This document shows, piece by piece, positions 35,701 to 49,222 of a stretch of 64,000 nt of DNA (positions within the stretch are counted from its first letter, which is position 1; every line of letters starts with the position of its first letter). The notes beneath the pieces are model-generated. The model searched no databases and was not told the origin of the DNA. It worked only from the letters and a program-made list of their open reading frames with translations. The DNA comes from Paraspadella gotoi (Eukaryota; Animalia; Chaetognatha). The translations under genes were made by a program, and so were the position numbers. Where the stretch lies: NCBI GenBank assembly GCA_051294375.1, contig CM119268.1, forward strand, positions 169,437 through 233,436, in the 5' to 3' direction.

Positions 35701-38700
35701 TTCTTTTAATTCCACCCCCAAATTCCAGTCATCCTCAGTATGTACTCACACTTTCCTCATGCAGCGCACCTGCACGTGGTCAAAGGCAGACCAGACTAAA
35801 TTGAAGAGTGACAAGAGATCAATGCGCTAACACGACCAATGCAAACCTCTGTCGCCGATCCTCACACACTCGATAGTGCAACTCAAATGCTGCTGCGGGT
35901 GCGCTGATATCGAGGAAGCGAAACATTCTTCTCGCTGCGATGCAGCTTAATTTTCGCGAGTAAGAGGAGCATCGTCATGAACCCTCGAGAGCATGAAGAG
36001 GGCGGAGAGTGAGAGTGTGTGAGCGAACCGGGACGGGAGGTTGCACAGAAAGAACGGCAGAGAAGAGATGACGGAGATGTATGAGAAGAGATAAGAGAAG
36101 AGACGAGAGAGAGAAACGAAGAAGATGAGAGGACGAGAAGAAGAGAGAGAAATACTCAATAATAGGTAAAATAAAATTAGAATCGCATTACTATACATAA
36201 ACCTAACTGTTCTATGTCAAATCCAACCCACCTCGTTGCAAAAAAGTTCTGATGTCCCGACATTTCATGCTGGAGACACACACAAAATATTCATCAGATT
36301 CTAAACGCTGAAATTTTCTTGATTTCTGTATCAACAAATCTGCGCCAGTTGCATTCCGATCTGAAAAAGAAAAGAATAAAGAGGGAAAGAGGGCCATACT
36401 GTGATATATAAAGGGGGAAGGGGCCATATCCTTGATATAAAGGGGAAAAAGGATTGTATGACTATAGAAGGGGAAAAGACGGCCAAATATTTGAATATAC
36501 AAGAGGAAGAGAGAACCATATTTATTTATAAATGGGCGGAGGAATGCGGCCATATTCCACTGCAAATGCCACATTTCATTTTAATTTGATTAAGTTTAAA
36601 TATCTAGTAAGAGATCAAAATAATTAAGAGTTAGGGGCTTTCATTAGAGATTATATAACAATAACATTAAGGTTATCATGACTTTGTGCGTTTAAGTAGG
36701 TTAGGGTAAAATTAAAGCTTTAAATTTATGAGTTAGAGGTTAAGGTTAGGATTGGTGATTAGGGTAAAGAATTGAAGGATTATAGCGTTGTAATACGATT
36801 GAATTTGATATTTTTTTTTTATCAAATTTTAAATTAACTCAATGACATAATTAAACGTAAAGAAAAGAAACATATAAAATTATAAAAAAAGAAAAGTCAG
36901 GGAACGACATACAATGTAAGATTAACAGCAAACTGGGACACTGTAAAGGAGAAAGCATGTCACGTAACTTTAAGATAACATGCCCGTACCTTTAGGAAAG
37001 CCATTGCGTACCCTTGTAAGGATAAGCATTGTCCTACTTTTAAGAACAGCATGCCGTACCGCTGTAAGGAAAGCCATGTCCGTTACCTCTAAGGAAAGAC
37101 ATTTGCTCTACCTGTACAGGAAAGCATTGTCCGTACCTGCTAGGGAAAGCATGTCGTAATGTCAAGGAAAAGCACTTGGCCTACCTGTAAGTAGAAAGCA
37201 TGGCATTCCGCACGCCGTCTTTTTGGTTACGGCGCTGTCAGCTTGCCAGCCGTCAGGACGTCAGAAGGGCGCGGGCGACGCAGGACCCAGCAGAGGAGAC
37301 GAATCCGCCGCCTAAATTGAGATAATAAAGATATATATATACATAGTTATATGTCAAATTTGATAAACTTATATACATTTCATTAGGAAAACTTCTAATA
37401 CCAAAATATGTTTAACATTTGAAAAAAATATTATTTATAAATATAAAACGTTTTCTTAATTTGGGCTTTTAAAACCAGATTTAGTTAGTCTTTAGTTAGT
37501 TTTGCTCTTAGATTTTTTACAGAGAAATAAAAAATCTTAGTTAGTTAGCTCTTAGTTCTTTACAAAATCAAAAATATTTTGTAATATTTGATGATGTTGG
37601 AAAAAATTAGGAAAAAAACCTAATGACATTAAAAACCTTAAAAAAATTAGCATTTAGATTGATTTTACTATTCTGCCAATTTTATAGAAATTAAAATTTT
37701 GATTTTTTTTTATTCAAAAAGTTGCTGTCACATTTCATTGTTGATTTTTTATGCTTCTCTCCATATCTAACAGTATCTAATAATTTATTAAAATATTTTA
37801 CTCATGTATATAGCACTATAATAATTATTAATTTGTGATACAAATCTATAGATTTTAAAAAACTTCAATTACGAATTTGCCTATAATGAAATTTGTTAAA
37901 TTAAAATTTATATATCGATTATAATTTGAGATTAATTAACTATACAAATATAAGATTAACACTTATTTATTAAACAGTATAAATATAGATTAGGGGACAG
38001 AGTTTGGTAATTGGCAACAATTTTTTAGTGTGGAAACGGAATATGTTTCGGCTCTATGTGAAATTTGGTCAGAATTTTTTTTAACAAAGAATATGAGAGA
38101 GAGAGAAAGAGGAGAGAGACAGAGAGAGAAAGAGATGAGAGAGAGAGGAGAAGAGACGATGGGGGGAACGGAGAGACGAGGAGAGCAGAGAGAGAAGAAA
38201 GAGTGCCAGGGAGAGAAAAATTATCATTTTTTATGTACAACAATGAAAATGATTTTTTGTACACGCAAATCTAGACATGAACAATTAACTATTAACTCTC
38301 TCTCTCTCTCTCTCGTAATGATATTTCACTTCTTTCATACTAAAAATATCACTCTGTCTTTACCCTTAGGCCTGTTCTCACCATGAGACCACTCTCAACT
38401 CTGATGTGAAAACATTATTGCTCCCCCTACTCTTCTCTAATCTTTCTCACCTCTCTCTCTCTCTCATATCTCTCTCTCCCCCTTTTGTAGAAAAATCTGT
38501 CCAATCACCCAAATTACGACGCTGATGAGGCCGAACATAGAGCAGAAACGTGTTCGTTTCATACTAAAAGAATTGTTGTATGTATGGAAGACGCTTTTTG
38601 GTCACGTGGTTCACGTTTGGTCACGTTAGCCAATAACAAACTGTCGCCTCATCATACAACACAACCAAAAAGAAAGGAATTAATCACATAAAAATAAAAT

Positions 38701-39805
38701 TAACATTAATAATATAACATTATAATTTAAGATTAAACATAAATAATTAAACATTATAAGTTAGATTACATTAATATTAACATATATAAATTTTAAGATT
38801 AATTATTATATTAACATTTATAATTTTAAGATATAACATTAATATAAAAAAATACTAATTTTAAGATTAACATTTCTCTCACCAAATCCTTTTTCTTTAA
38901 AGCCCCTGTAGGGACGAAGAAGATGATTCGAGGATGGAGGAGAAGGCTGGGAATGAACGAAGCGGAGAAGGAAGAGGAAACCGGGAAAAAACGAGGCCGA
39001 AATGGAAGAAAGAAATCGAGGCATTGTTGTTGTTGTTTTTTGTGTTATACTGGCTAAGACAGAGGCTTGTGATCGAATTTTCGCCTTCTTATGAAATTGT
39101 TAGGTTTCTCGTGAGATCTTGTCTTTTGTTAAGCATTAAGAATTAAGAATAAGAATTTCATTTTTCCACGTTGAATTAGATTTGACATTAGTAACAAACC
39201 GTGGAAAAATTTTAAAAAAATGGAAAATTTTGATTAAATTTAGATGAATTAGATAAAAAGTATAAGGATTTTTAAATAATTGTTATAAAAAGTCTTCAAC
39301 GAACCTTCTGAAATTATGAAATTTCACTGATATATTACACCTAAATAACACCAAGGCAACAGAATAATAGTTACTAAACAAGAAATTAATCAACAACGTT
39401 TTATAAAGTCAGCACTAAGTAGAGAGATGAGAAATTAATATTAAAAAACATGTATGTATATCAATGATAATGGGATCAAAGAAATATTATAATTTATTTG
39501 TAACAAATACTTAGATGAACAATAGACAATATTTTCGATGCCATTATATTTCATAAAAATATTTCGCAAACATAAATGAAATTATACCGATAAAAATGTA
39601 TAGGTAAGCAAAGGTAAATAAAAAAATGATAACCGTATCTTTCAAATGCTTATATAACTTGAGTGAAAAATCGTTATAAGGCAAATATTAAAAATTCAAG
39701 AAAAAAAAGTAAAAGGTTCAATTCGATTCGTCAAAACTAAAACTGAATCGAGAAAAAGGAACATGATTATTTTTTTAGTTCGTCGTCGTACACTTTGTTA
39801 ACTGT

Positions 39806-39839
<34 letters not shown>

Positions 39840-40560
39840 AGAAAAGAGCCTGCTCTAATTAACACTCAAATCTGTTTATAAACCAGACGCGGTCAGATTT
39901 GTAAAACCCTGGACAAATGTAATCTTAAAGGTAAAAATCTTAAAGCAAAAGATCGAGGCCTGCTTTGATATAACCAAATATTGATGCGATGATAACCAAA
40001 TATTGGATGCGTGATAACCAACAAAGATTGATGCGATGATAACCCAAATGATGGATGCGAGTGATATCATTCATTGATGCGATTGATAATCATTTCAATG
40101 ATATGATGATAGTAACTTTCATTGAGCATAATATTTATTCATTGATGCGATGCTAGTCATTCATTGACGCGATGAGTTAATTAGAGAGAGAGAGAAGAAG
40201 AGAGAGAGAGAAGAGAAAAGAGAGAGATATAGAGAGAATAATAATAAATAATAGCTTTTTTAAAAAAAAAATAAAAATCCACGACAAATCATCGGAAAAT
40301 AAATTTGGGATTTTGTAATAAGGAAAAAAGTCGGATACGTGATAAAAATAAAAATTGTTTTAATGTGGATTGCAATCAAATTAACTTTCTATTTTTTTTT
40401 TTCAATTGAATAAGATGAGTCTTTTGTTCATCTAGTCAAATGAGGTTGAAAACCTTATTTTTTTTGCACTATTATTGAACATGAATGAGATCGATATTGA
40501 TTGTATGATGAAACTACGATTGCTATAAAGCTAAACTATTTTCAAAGAAACGGTCCCCAA
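32760..40560 (-). other. Inverted, indel-rich duplicate of the sulfotransferase locus (matches 9840-14262 joined to about 27960-30190)
   Basis: Reverse complement reproduces exon 1 (about 38880-39025), the MITE, both minisatellites, the PSB exon (about 36232-36360), THLP exon (about 35720-35985), exon 6 (about 33915-34170), last exon (about 33470-33737) and 3' flank. It ends near the 25-N gap 40585-40609. Confidence 0.92.
38515..38560 (+). ncRNA. Hammerhead motif (duplicate of 11878-11932)
   Basis: GACG-CTGATGA-GGCcgaacataGAGCa-GAAAC-GT-GTT-CGTTT. Intact CUGAUGA and GAAAC; ACG/CGT can form stem I. Confidence 0.6.
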
Positions 40561-40869
40561 TTCTACTCCTCTCTTCCCCCAAAANNNNNNNNNNNNNNNN
40601 NNNNNNNNNTACAATCAAAATATTATTTTTTTTTATAAAATCAAGAACTCTATCTTTGTAAGAAGAGCAGTTTATGAAATTTCAATAACAGTTGCCTTCA
40701 CTATGCCTTCATTATGAAAAACGTGATGGGCTGTAACTTTACACATACTATTTAAATTTTGTTCCCAGAGACTATGATAACTACAAAACATACATTTATT
40801 TTCCTCTTTCAATTAATGCTTATGCGGAATTACTCTGTAATTCTCATGAAAAACTTGATCAGCGTTGTT

Positions 40870-41806
40870 CAGGATCTGCAAAAGTCGTTTGACCTCAAAG
40901 CCAAAGTATTACTAGTGATATTGAGGGGGGGGCGAAGGCACTACGATTCCACGCCCTGGATTCATGAACCAATTGATGTCATCTTTGGGAGAGTCATTTT
41001 CTTCCAAAGAGTTAATTTCGATATCATCATCTGAATAAATGCAACCAATCAAATATAATCAACCAATTAGCGCTCTCTCTGTAATCATATTTTTTTATAT
41101 CAATATTTTTTTATTAGAGTCAAAATTAGTTTATAATTCGAAAAAAATTTAGCCCCGAAGAATGTGGCGACGAAGTGCCTCAAAGCGCTCTGGCAATCTT
41201 CTTAAGCAACTTGATCAAGTTTCGAAATTTATCGGTTTGAAGCTAAACGCCAGACAGATTGTAGGTGACGAACAAGGGAACAACATTGGCGTCAAAGTAA
41301 TAGGGTTGAAGACCCAGTTTGACCTTGGGCATGTCGAATAGCTTTACTTGACCTTGGGAATGTCGTCCTTCGATTTGAAGATCGACAAACTTATTTCGAG
41401 ACTTTGCATTAACACATACTTTTAAGAAAAAAAATAATTAGAGAACTAAAGATAAATTAAATCTAAAAAAGACAGATTCTCTTTTACTAATTAATTAATT
41501 AATACCTGAGGCCGGCTGTTCTACGTTAATTGCTTCAATGTTTAACGTTTGATAGAAATAATACCTTTTGATCAGCTGGCACCTTTACTATGGTGAAGCC
41601 GTCGTATTCTTTATCTGAGTTTCGTCTTTTAATCTTTTTTCTTATCTAAACGTTACACGTTACATATTGATCTTATGGCGGTTGTTTCGGTATAACGGTT
41701 TTAAAATTGTCCTTTAAGTCGTTTATATTTACATTTCACTAAAAATGCCATTTGTAAACTTAACTTGGTTGAACTCTGCGCCGTTCCCTTCACTGGTTCC
41801 CTTCAT
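40870..41806 (-). CDS. Compact multi-exon gene or pseudogene of unknown function
   Basis: Exons: 41806-41765 (MKGTSEGNGAEFNQ|GTTAAG); 41645-41506 (IRKKIKRRNSDKEYDGFTIVKVPADQK / RYYFYQTLNIEAINVEQPAS|GTATT, one frameshift); 41418 onward (VCVNAKSRNKFVDLQIEGRHSQGQVKLFDMPKVKLGLQPYYFDANVVPLFVTYNLSGV*); and a further exon-like block from 41030 (DDIEINSLEENDSPKDDINWFMNPGRG). Phases match once the frameshift is corrected. Confidence 0.5.
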
Positions 41807-43375
41807 CGCTTCTTCGCTTAATTCTTTAATAATAATTATATTTTTTTTTCTTTTTTATTTCGTTAATAAAAATTAAATAGTTTTCCTCATCATCCAGTTC
41901 ATTTTTCTTTTATTTCATTTCCTTTTCACTTAATTTTTTAAATATTTATTTTAATTATTATTTAATTATTCAATTTTCAGTTAATGTTTAATGATATTAT
42001 AATTTTTTCTGTCTTTTTATCTTCTTCTCTTTTTACTACAGACTCGTTATTGTTTATCTTCATTTCTTAAATAAAACTTTATTTCGGGGTTTTTATTTAT
42101 TCGCCTGGACATAGTGGGCGGTGGGGGGGGGAGTGTAGTTAATGTCATGGTTTTCTTTTGAGGTCAAATCAACTTAAGAAGAGATTGCATCGTCATTGTT
42201 GTTCGTCATTGGTGTTCGTCATTGTTGTTCGTCATTGTTCGTCATTAATCTCACAAATTGACGAACGGAACGAAACGTTCGCCCTCCTATCTTTTGCCTA
42301 TGATAATAACATCCATAATAAGAATAATAATTTAAACGATTTTAACTTTTATAAATCTGGTTTTAATAATAAGATTCTTTGTCATCACTACATTCTACAT
42401 AGTTGAATATAAAAGTTAATATAAAGTTTACAAATATGTAAAGTTTGTTAATGTTATTACGTTTATCATAATTTTGCACCAAATGTTTATTTTTTTAAGT
42501 TTTTTCATTAGTTCCTTTGCATTTAGTTTTATGTCAAATATTATTAACATTGCTTTTCATGTTTTCAAGATAAAAAACGAATGAAATAGTTAAATAAACT
42601 GATTAATTTCCCAGCACTTAACTTTTTTGTCGAACGAACGCTAATGAAAATCGACTTTGTATGAACTGATAATAAGAAATGTTAGATTAATGATTTAAGA
42701 AAGAAAAATGGAATTGTGGAAAAGAAGTTAAGTATCGTAAATAATCAAATCTATTGTGGACGAACATCTAGAACACGCAACCTGGTTGACAAAAATGCGT
42801 CCACACTATAACGTTTTTTCGAAGCCTCGCCAATATTGGAACGGGGACTGGGTTCGGAATCAGGCTTGGCATTAGATCCATACTCACTCTTTCCTTAATA
42901 TAGTTTGCTTCTGGGATTATTACTAGTTAACAGCTGATGACTATTGAACTACCGGGGCACCACTAAAGGTTTTAAACTTATAGGCCGGGTGAGACAGAAA
43001 GACTGAAAGACAGAAAGAGAGAAAGACTAAAACAGACAGAGCAACAATGCATAAAGAAAAAATAGTCAATAGTTTTTGGAGGAAATTTAATTGATAATTG
43101 TTAAGTTAATTGATTTATTCTTAGATTCGTCGAAGAGATTTGATAGTTAAATTAAAGTGATGAGCAAAAAGTGATAAGTAATAAGTATTTTAGTGGAGAA
43201 TATTCTTAGATCTGATATTTTTTTATAAAAACCATTATCACTTTCTTCTTCTTTCTTTTGGGTAGTTTTACTCTGATTGATTGTCTCTCTGTCTCTCAGT
43301 CTCTCAGTCTCTCTCTTCAAGTCGATCAAAGGTCAATATAAAAACGGTGGCGTAAAATCGACTCCGCGTAGAGAT

Positions 43376-43418
<43 letters not shown>

Positions 43419-43747
43419 TCGTCTTATCTGTACTTGAAAAATAAAATCTTTATGTCAGAAAGATAAATTGAGTCTCTAAAATAAATTGAGAAAAAAATTA
43501 AAACAAACCATAACTTATGGCATAAGCGATAATGTTTAAAAAAAAAAAACAAAGTAAGAATGGATGCATCGATTATAACTAAAATTAATAATTAAATGTT
43601 TTGAAATATCGTCTTCGGTCGTCGTCGTTGTTGTTGTTGTCGTCATTGTTGTGGTTGTTATGATTTTTGCCTCGATGCCAAAAACCGGGGAAAAAAATAT
43701 TGAGGTTGAATTGAACGGGTTTATGGTGGGCGATGAATTGAATGCGG

Positions 43748-43805
<58 letters not shown>

Positions 43806-43882
43806 GGAGAGGGCGGGATAGATAGCGCGTGGAAAATGTTTTGGTGGAATGAGGGAGTAAACAAACGTCTACGTAGGTTGTA

Positions 43883-43927
<45 letters not shown>

Positions 43928-44656
43928 CGTCTCTCCTCTCCTCTTCAGCTTCTCCTCTCTCTCTCTCTCTCTTTCTCTTTCTCTCTTTCTATTTCTCTCT
44001 CTTTCTTTTTTTTCTCTCTGTCTCTCTCTCTCTTTTTTTTCTCTCTGTCTCTCTCTTTCTCTCTTTCTTTTTCTCTCTCTCTCTTTTTTTTCTCTCTGTC
44101 TCTCTGTCTCTCTGTCTCTGTGTGTGTCTCTCTCGTGCATAAATTGTGTATAAATTATAAATTGAAAAAATTTCACGATGAATACCTAAATTCTTAAAGT
44201 TAAATGTAATGAAGTAGCTTTTTATATCCTATTGTTTTATTTTGCGCCTGAAGCCCCATTGAATGAATTCAAATTCAATTCAAATTCTCTCTCTCTCAAT
44301 AATAATATCGACAGATGTAGAGTTGTACATTTTAAAATTCGTAAAATATTAAGATGTTTGCTGCGCGTTTGTACGCGTCGTCGACTTAACAATTAAACAA
44401 TACGACAAGCATAGGCAAGATTTATTATTATGTCGAAAGAATTACTTCACTTAAAATCGTGAAATGACGTTTAGACCTTCAACTTTTTTTTTATTCCAAA
44501 AATTTACTATTAACGTTGGTCAAATCTTTAGATAATACAATTTCAAAGATTTGTAAGCAAATACGTGTGGCTATCACAAGCGATTATAAGTGTTGCTCAT
44601 TCAGAAAGCAGCAAAATGCTCTTCGATGCCCCCTTGCCGTCTGACGGAGCAGCGAA

Positions 44657-44689
<33 letters not shown>

Positions 44690-44761
44690 TTCTGGCTGGA
44701 TGACTCAGAGTCAGGATCGGGATCGACAAAAACGACGATAATTTGAACGATGGATTAATTG

Positions 44762-44855
44762 TTTAGGGTTTTGGTAAGGGATAAGGTTAGTTTAGGGTAT
44801 AGAGATTAGGGTTAGGGTTAGGGATTAGGGTTAGGAATTAAGGTTAGGTATTAGG
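44762..44855 (+). repeat. Interstitial telomere-like (TTAGGG)n degenerate tract
   Basis: ...ATTAGGGTTAGGGTTAGGGATTAGGGTTAGG...; related (CCTAAC)-like tracts at about 6890-7030 and 13705-13785. Confidence 0.75.
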
Positions 44856-45581
44856 GATGTTTTTCCCTATGCTACTTTGATAACAAAAAAATTCTGGGTC
44901 GCTGGGTGACTCATCGGTCGGGATCGAGTTCGACAAAAACGACGACGATAATTTGAACGATGGAGGAAGCAGTTGCTTTGGCACGGTGAGAGCAACGACA
45001 AAAGGAGTGACGCATAAAGCGACCGATGGAAGCAGCAAAAGAGACAAGTTTTCTCCGTGTGTTTGAGTCCGCTGCTGTCAGGAGCACAGCAATCGGGGAT
45101 TCGATGGAAAAAAGTTTTCAAGTGAATACAGGATATTTTTAAAAAAAATATTCTTTCTTTTTCACGACAGAAATAATGGGGGGGGGGAAGCTCAAGCACT
45201 ATTATCGCAATGTCGGTTTTAGAAAGTCATCCGTATATTCCCAGCATAGAACTGGTCTTGTAAATCCACTAAATGAGAAAGAAAATCAGAGAGAAGAAAG
45301 AAATCAGTGAAAGAAAAAAAATCTGAAGCAATATGGCAAAATTGTGAACTAATTTGAAGAGAGAAAAAGAGAGAAGAGGAGAGAGAGGAGAAAAAGAGAG
45401 AGAGAAAGAGGATATGGAGAGAGAGAGAGAAAAAAGACAGAGGGAGAGAGAGGAGCGAAAGACAGAGAATGAGAGAGAGAGAGAAAGAACAAAAGACAGA
45501 GAGAGAGAGAAAGAAAGAGAAAGAAAGAGAGAGAGAGAGAAAGAGAGAAGAGAGCGAGAGAAACAAAGATAGGGGAAAGAG

Positions 45582-45640
<59 letters not shown>

Positions 45641-46934
45641 AGAGAGAAAGAGAAAGAAAAGGGAGAGAGAGTAAGTGAGAGAAAGAGAGAGAGTTTCCGA
45701 AGCGGGGCATGGCTATACTCAGAAAACCTCGAAAACAGCGCAGCTCCGGGAGCAGCCGCGCGGCCGCTGATCGGCTTCTCCTCTGCCTTCGAATTTTTGC
45801 GCTCTGGCTATTCTTACTCCTCTTCCTCTTTCCTTCTCCCTTATCTCCCGGATCCGCGTGGGCCTGCCAAAGTCGATCCGATCGTAGCTGGCAGCGGCGG
45901 ACTTACTCTCTTTCTCTCTCTTACCCTTCGTCACCGCCGAGGGGCTCTTCTCTCTGCCTCCTGAGCGGATCGATCATCAGGTTCGCGCGGATCCGGGAGT
46001 CTCTTTTAAAGAGATAAGGCCTTTTTGAAAGTATTACATTATTGTAGGGTCATTTCAGACGATGTCAAAAAAAAGAAAGAAAAAAAAGAAAGACAGAAAG
46101 AACGAGAAAGAGAAAAGAAAGAAAAAAGAAGGGAAAAAAAAAATTAAAAAATTTAGTCAACAATTTTTTTTAATATTAAGAATTTTGAAGCTTAAAATAA
46201 TAATATTAATAAAAAAGAATATACATCTAACAATAATGATTAAATTATGCTGAAAACACAATTGAAAATATGATCAAAGATAAAAATGATCGGAAAATGA
46301 GATGATATATATTATTTGCATTTTTGTTACCGCGGACGTATGAATGAGTAAAGAGTAGAAAAAATTTTAGAATCAAGTAGAATAAAAATTCGAGCATGCA
46401 GCTGTGAATATTTTTAAATAATTTTTTTTTTTATTTTCAATTTTCGCATAGCCCATATTTAAAACATTGTAAATGTCAAAAATTTTAAAATATTTTTTTC
46501 TTACTTTTAAAAGCAGATTTAAATTTCTCCCATTAATTTAAATTTTAAATTCAATTGACTAAATATCAAATTTTCCAAAAAAAGTCAGCACAGTTTTTAA
46601 GGTTGTCTTTTGTCTCAGAAAGCTCCTTAGTGCCGTACTGTTTTGAGAGGTCGCCTTAGGACCTTTATACCAGGAGTGTAGCAAAGTTGAAACAAAAGCC
46701 CGTGCAATTAAACATTTGTCTGGAATCCTAAGCTACTACTACTACTACTCTACTACTACTACTGTTTAATTAATTAATCAAACTCATTTTATCTACTAGT
46801 TAATAAATACAGTATAATTTTTCTGTTTGTATTTCCTGTAAATTAAGGTGGAGATATCTCTGAGGTACCTTTACACATAGAGACTTAAATTGTGGCTGCA
46901 TTTTTGTAACCCGAACATTGTGGCATATCTGAAA

Positions 46935-49222
46935 CATCAATTTTACTCAATTCGAAAATGTCGTTAGTATTATCTTCTCGGCCCAATGAGGTCTTTGAAT
47001 TTGAGCATCAACTTATGCTTTCTTTAAAAATATTTCACAAATTCACAATCAATTAAAACTTAGGTTAATTTAAAAAAAAACATAGTATGCAAAATTTTGC
47101 TATTGTACCTCTACAAAGTGGTATAGACTTCATATTTTTTTAATTCCTAGTTACTTTTTAACTTCTGAAATTAATAAAAAGATTCTTTTTTAACAAATGT
47201 CAAAAAATTTTGTTTTTTTGAAAACATTTTTTTCTAATTTAGAATATTATTGTTGTATTGGATTCAGCGCTGAGATTTTGCTGTTTGTTTTCACTGCGGG
47301 AGTTATTTCACAGAAGCACTTATGTTTTATCAAATTTCATTATTATTTTCGCCTATAGAGAAAAAAAATTTCGTTAAAATACTTGAAAATAACTCACGGT
47401 TGCCCTTTTACCATCGATTTACTCGGCATGGAGTTGCACAAAGAATTGAGATGTCCCGGGATACGTTTCGGACCTTTGGGCTACACAAAATAAAAGGGTA
47501 ATTCAAATTTTTCCTAATGACAGTTTCTTTTATAATTAATTAATTAAAATTAGCTAATAAATCAATACAACGTATGAATAAAAATTTAAAATGGTTTAAA
47601 TTTTTTTAAAAATGAAAATATGCATGCATCAATCCATAATCTATGAACAATTTTCTTTCGTTTGAGTCCAGTAACCATTATTCCTTTTTAATAGTTTATT
47701 GTAATTGAGTTTTTCTTTAAATTAAAATATTATTTTAATTTTTTTTTCAAGATAATTTAAATTAAAAGAAAATTAAATAACTAATGCCAAATGATTGACA
47801 GAAAAATTTTATAATTATAAGGGACTTTACCTACCGTATATAGGCCTTCAAATATCAAATATAAGTAAAGCTTTATTAATATATTTTTGACATAGAAAAT
47901 ATAATAATTTATAAAAATTAAATATATGAAAAATTTAACTTTGAATTTTTTTTTAGCATAATAAACATAATTATAATTTAATTGTTCATGATGCTTTTAA
48001 AGCTACTGGTCATTGTATCATTTCTCAATTATAATTAATTTTTATAACTTTTTTTTATTTCTAGTAATAACTGACCTGCTATATTTACTTACTTTTGCAA
48101 AAATCGCAAAAATTAACTGGTATTTAAAAATTATGTACTGAAACAGACGAAAACTTTTTTTTAAATCCATGCTATTTAATTGGTTTGAAACTGATTATAA
48201 TATTCTTGGACAATTGTAAAAAGTTTTAAACAATCGCCAACTAGACATTTTTAAGGTTGTCAAATGTATAAATAATGTATTCGGACTGCTTTGTAGGTTT
48301 TTTAACTTAATTCAGTAGCTCTTTTAATATACAGAAAAGCATTAATTTAACAGTTTTTTATTTGGAGTGGGCTATCAAAGCTTCTAACACATATTAACAT
48401 CAGTATATTTGTTAAGTATAGTAGATTCCTCTATAGATTTTTTAATTTTTTGAAACGTTTTATCTTTTTTTTCTTTTTAATAATTTTTTTGACACGCAAA
48501 ACGTTTTTTTGATTACGCGACAAGACGAATTGTAAAAATTAAAAATAAATAGTACCAATAGTTAGATTATGTCTAGAATAGTGAAAAAAAAACCCTTGTT
48601 AAAACATTTGAATCGGGAAGGGGGTAAGCTAAGGCTTACAACGGTATCCTCATGCTGATCGTTCTTCTCCANNNNNNNNNNNNNNNNNNNNNNNNNCCTT
48701 TTTTCCATTTATTGCGTAATCGCCGGAACCATGGGCATTCATCTACAATCCAATTTTTTGACTCAATTCGTGAAAAAATGTCGTTAGTATTATTCTTCTC
48801 GGCCCAATGAGGTCTTTGAATTTGAGCATCAACTTATGATTTCTTTACTTAATTATTTTCACAAATTCACAATCAATTAAAACTTAGGTTAATTTAAAAA
48901 AAAACATAGTATGCAAAATTTTGCCTATTGTCAGCTCTACAAAGTGGTATAGACTTCATATTTTTTAATTCCTAGTTACTTTATAACTTCTGAAATTAAT
49001 AAAAAGATTCTTTTTTTAACAAATGTCAAAAAATTTTGTTTTTTTGAAAACATTTTTTTCTAATTTAGATATTATTGTTGTATTGGATTCAGCGCAGATT
49101 TAATTTGTTTTTTCTTGTTTGTTTTCCACTCGGTGAGTTATTTCAAGAAGCCTTATTTTTACTCAAATTCATTATTATTTTTCGGCCTATAGAGAAAAAA
49201 AATTCGTTAAAATACCTTGAAT
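46935..49222. repeat. Direct ~460-bp duplication: 46935-47387 repeated at 48750-49222
   Basis: Near-identical text (TCGTTAGTATTATCTTCTCGGCCCAATGAGG...CGTTAAAATAC). The second copy starts just after the 25-N gap 48672-48696 and differs mainly by indels. Confidence 0.9.

Noticed and set aside
42840-42870. B-box-like GGGTTCGGAATC (tRNA/SINE)
   Set aside because: No A box or cloverleaf could be built.
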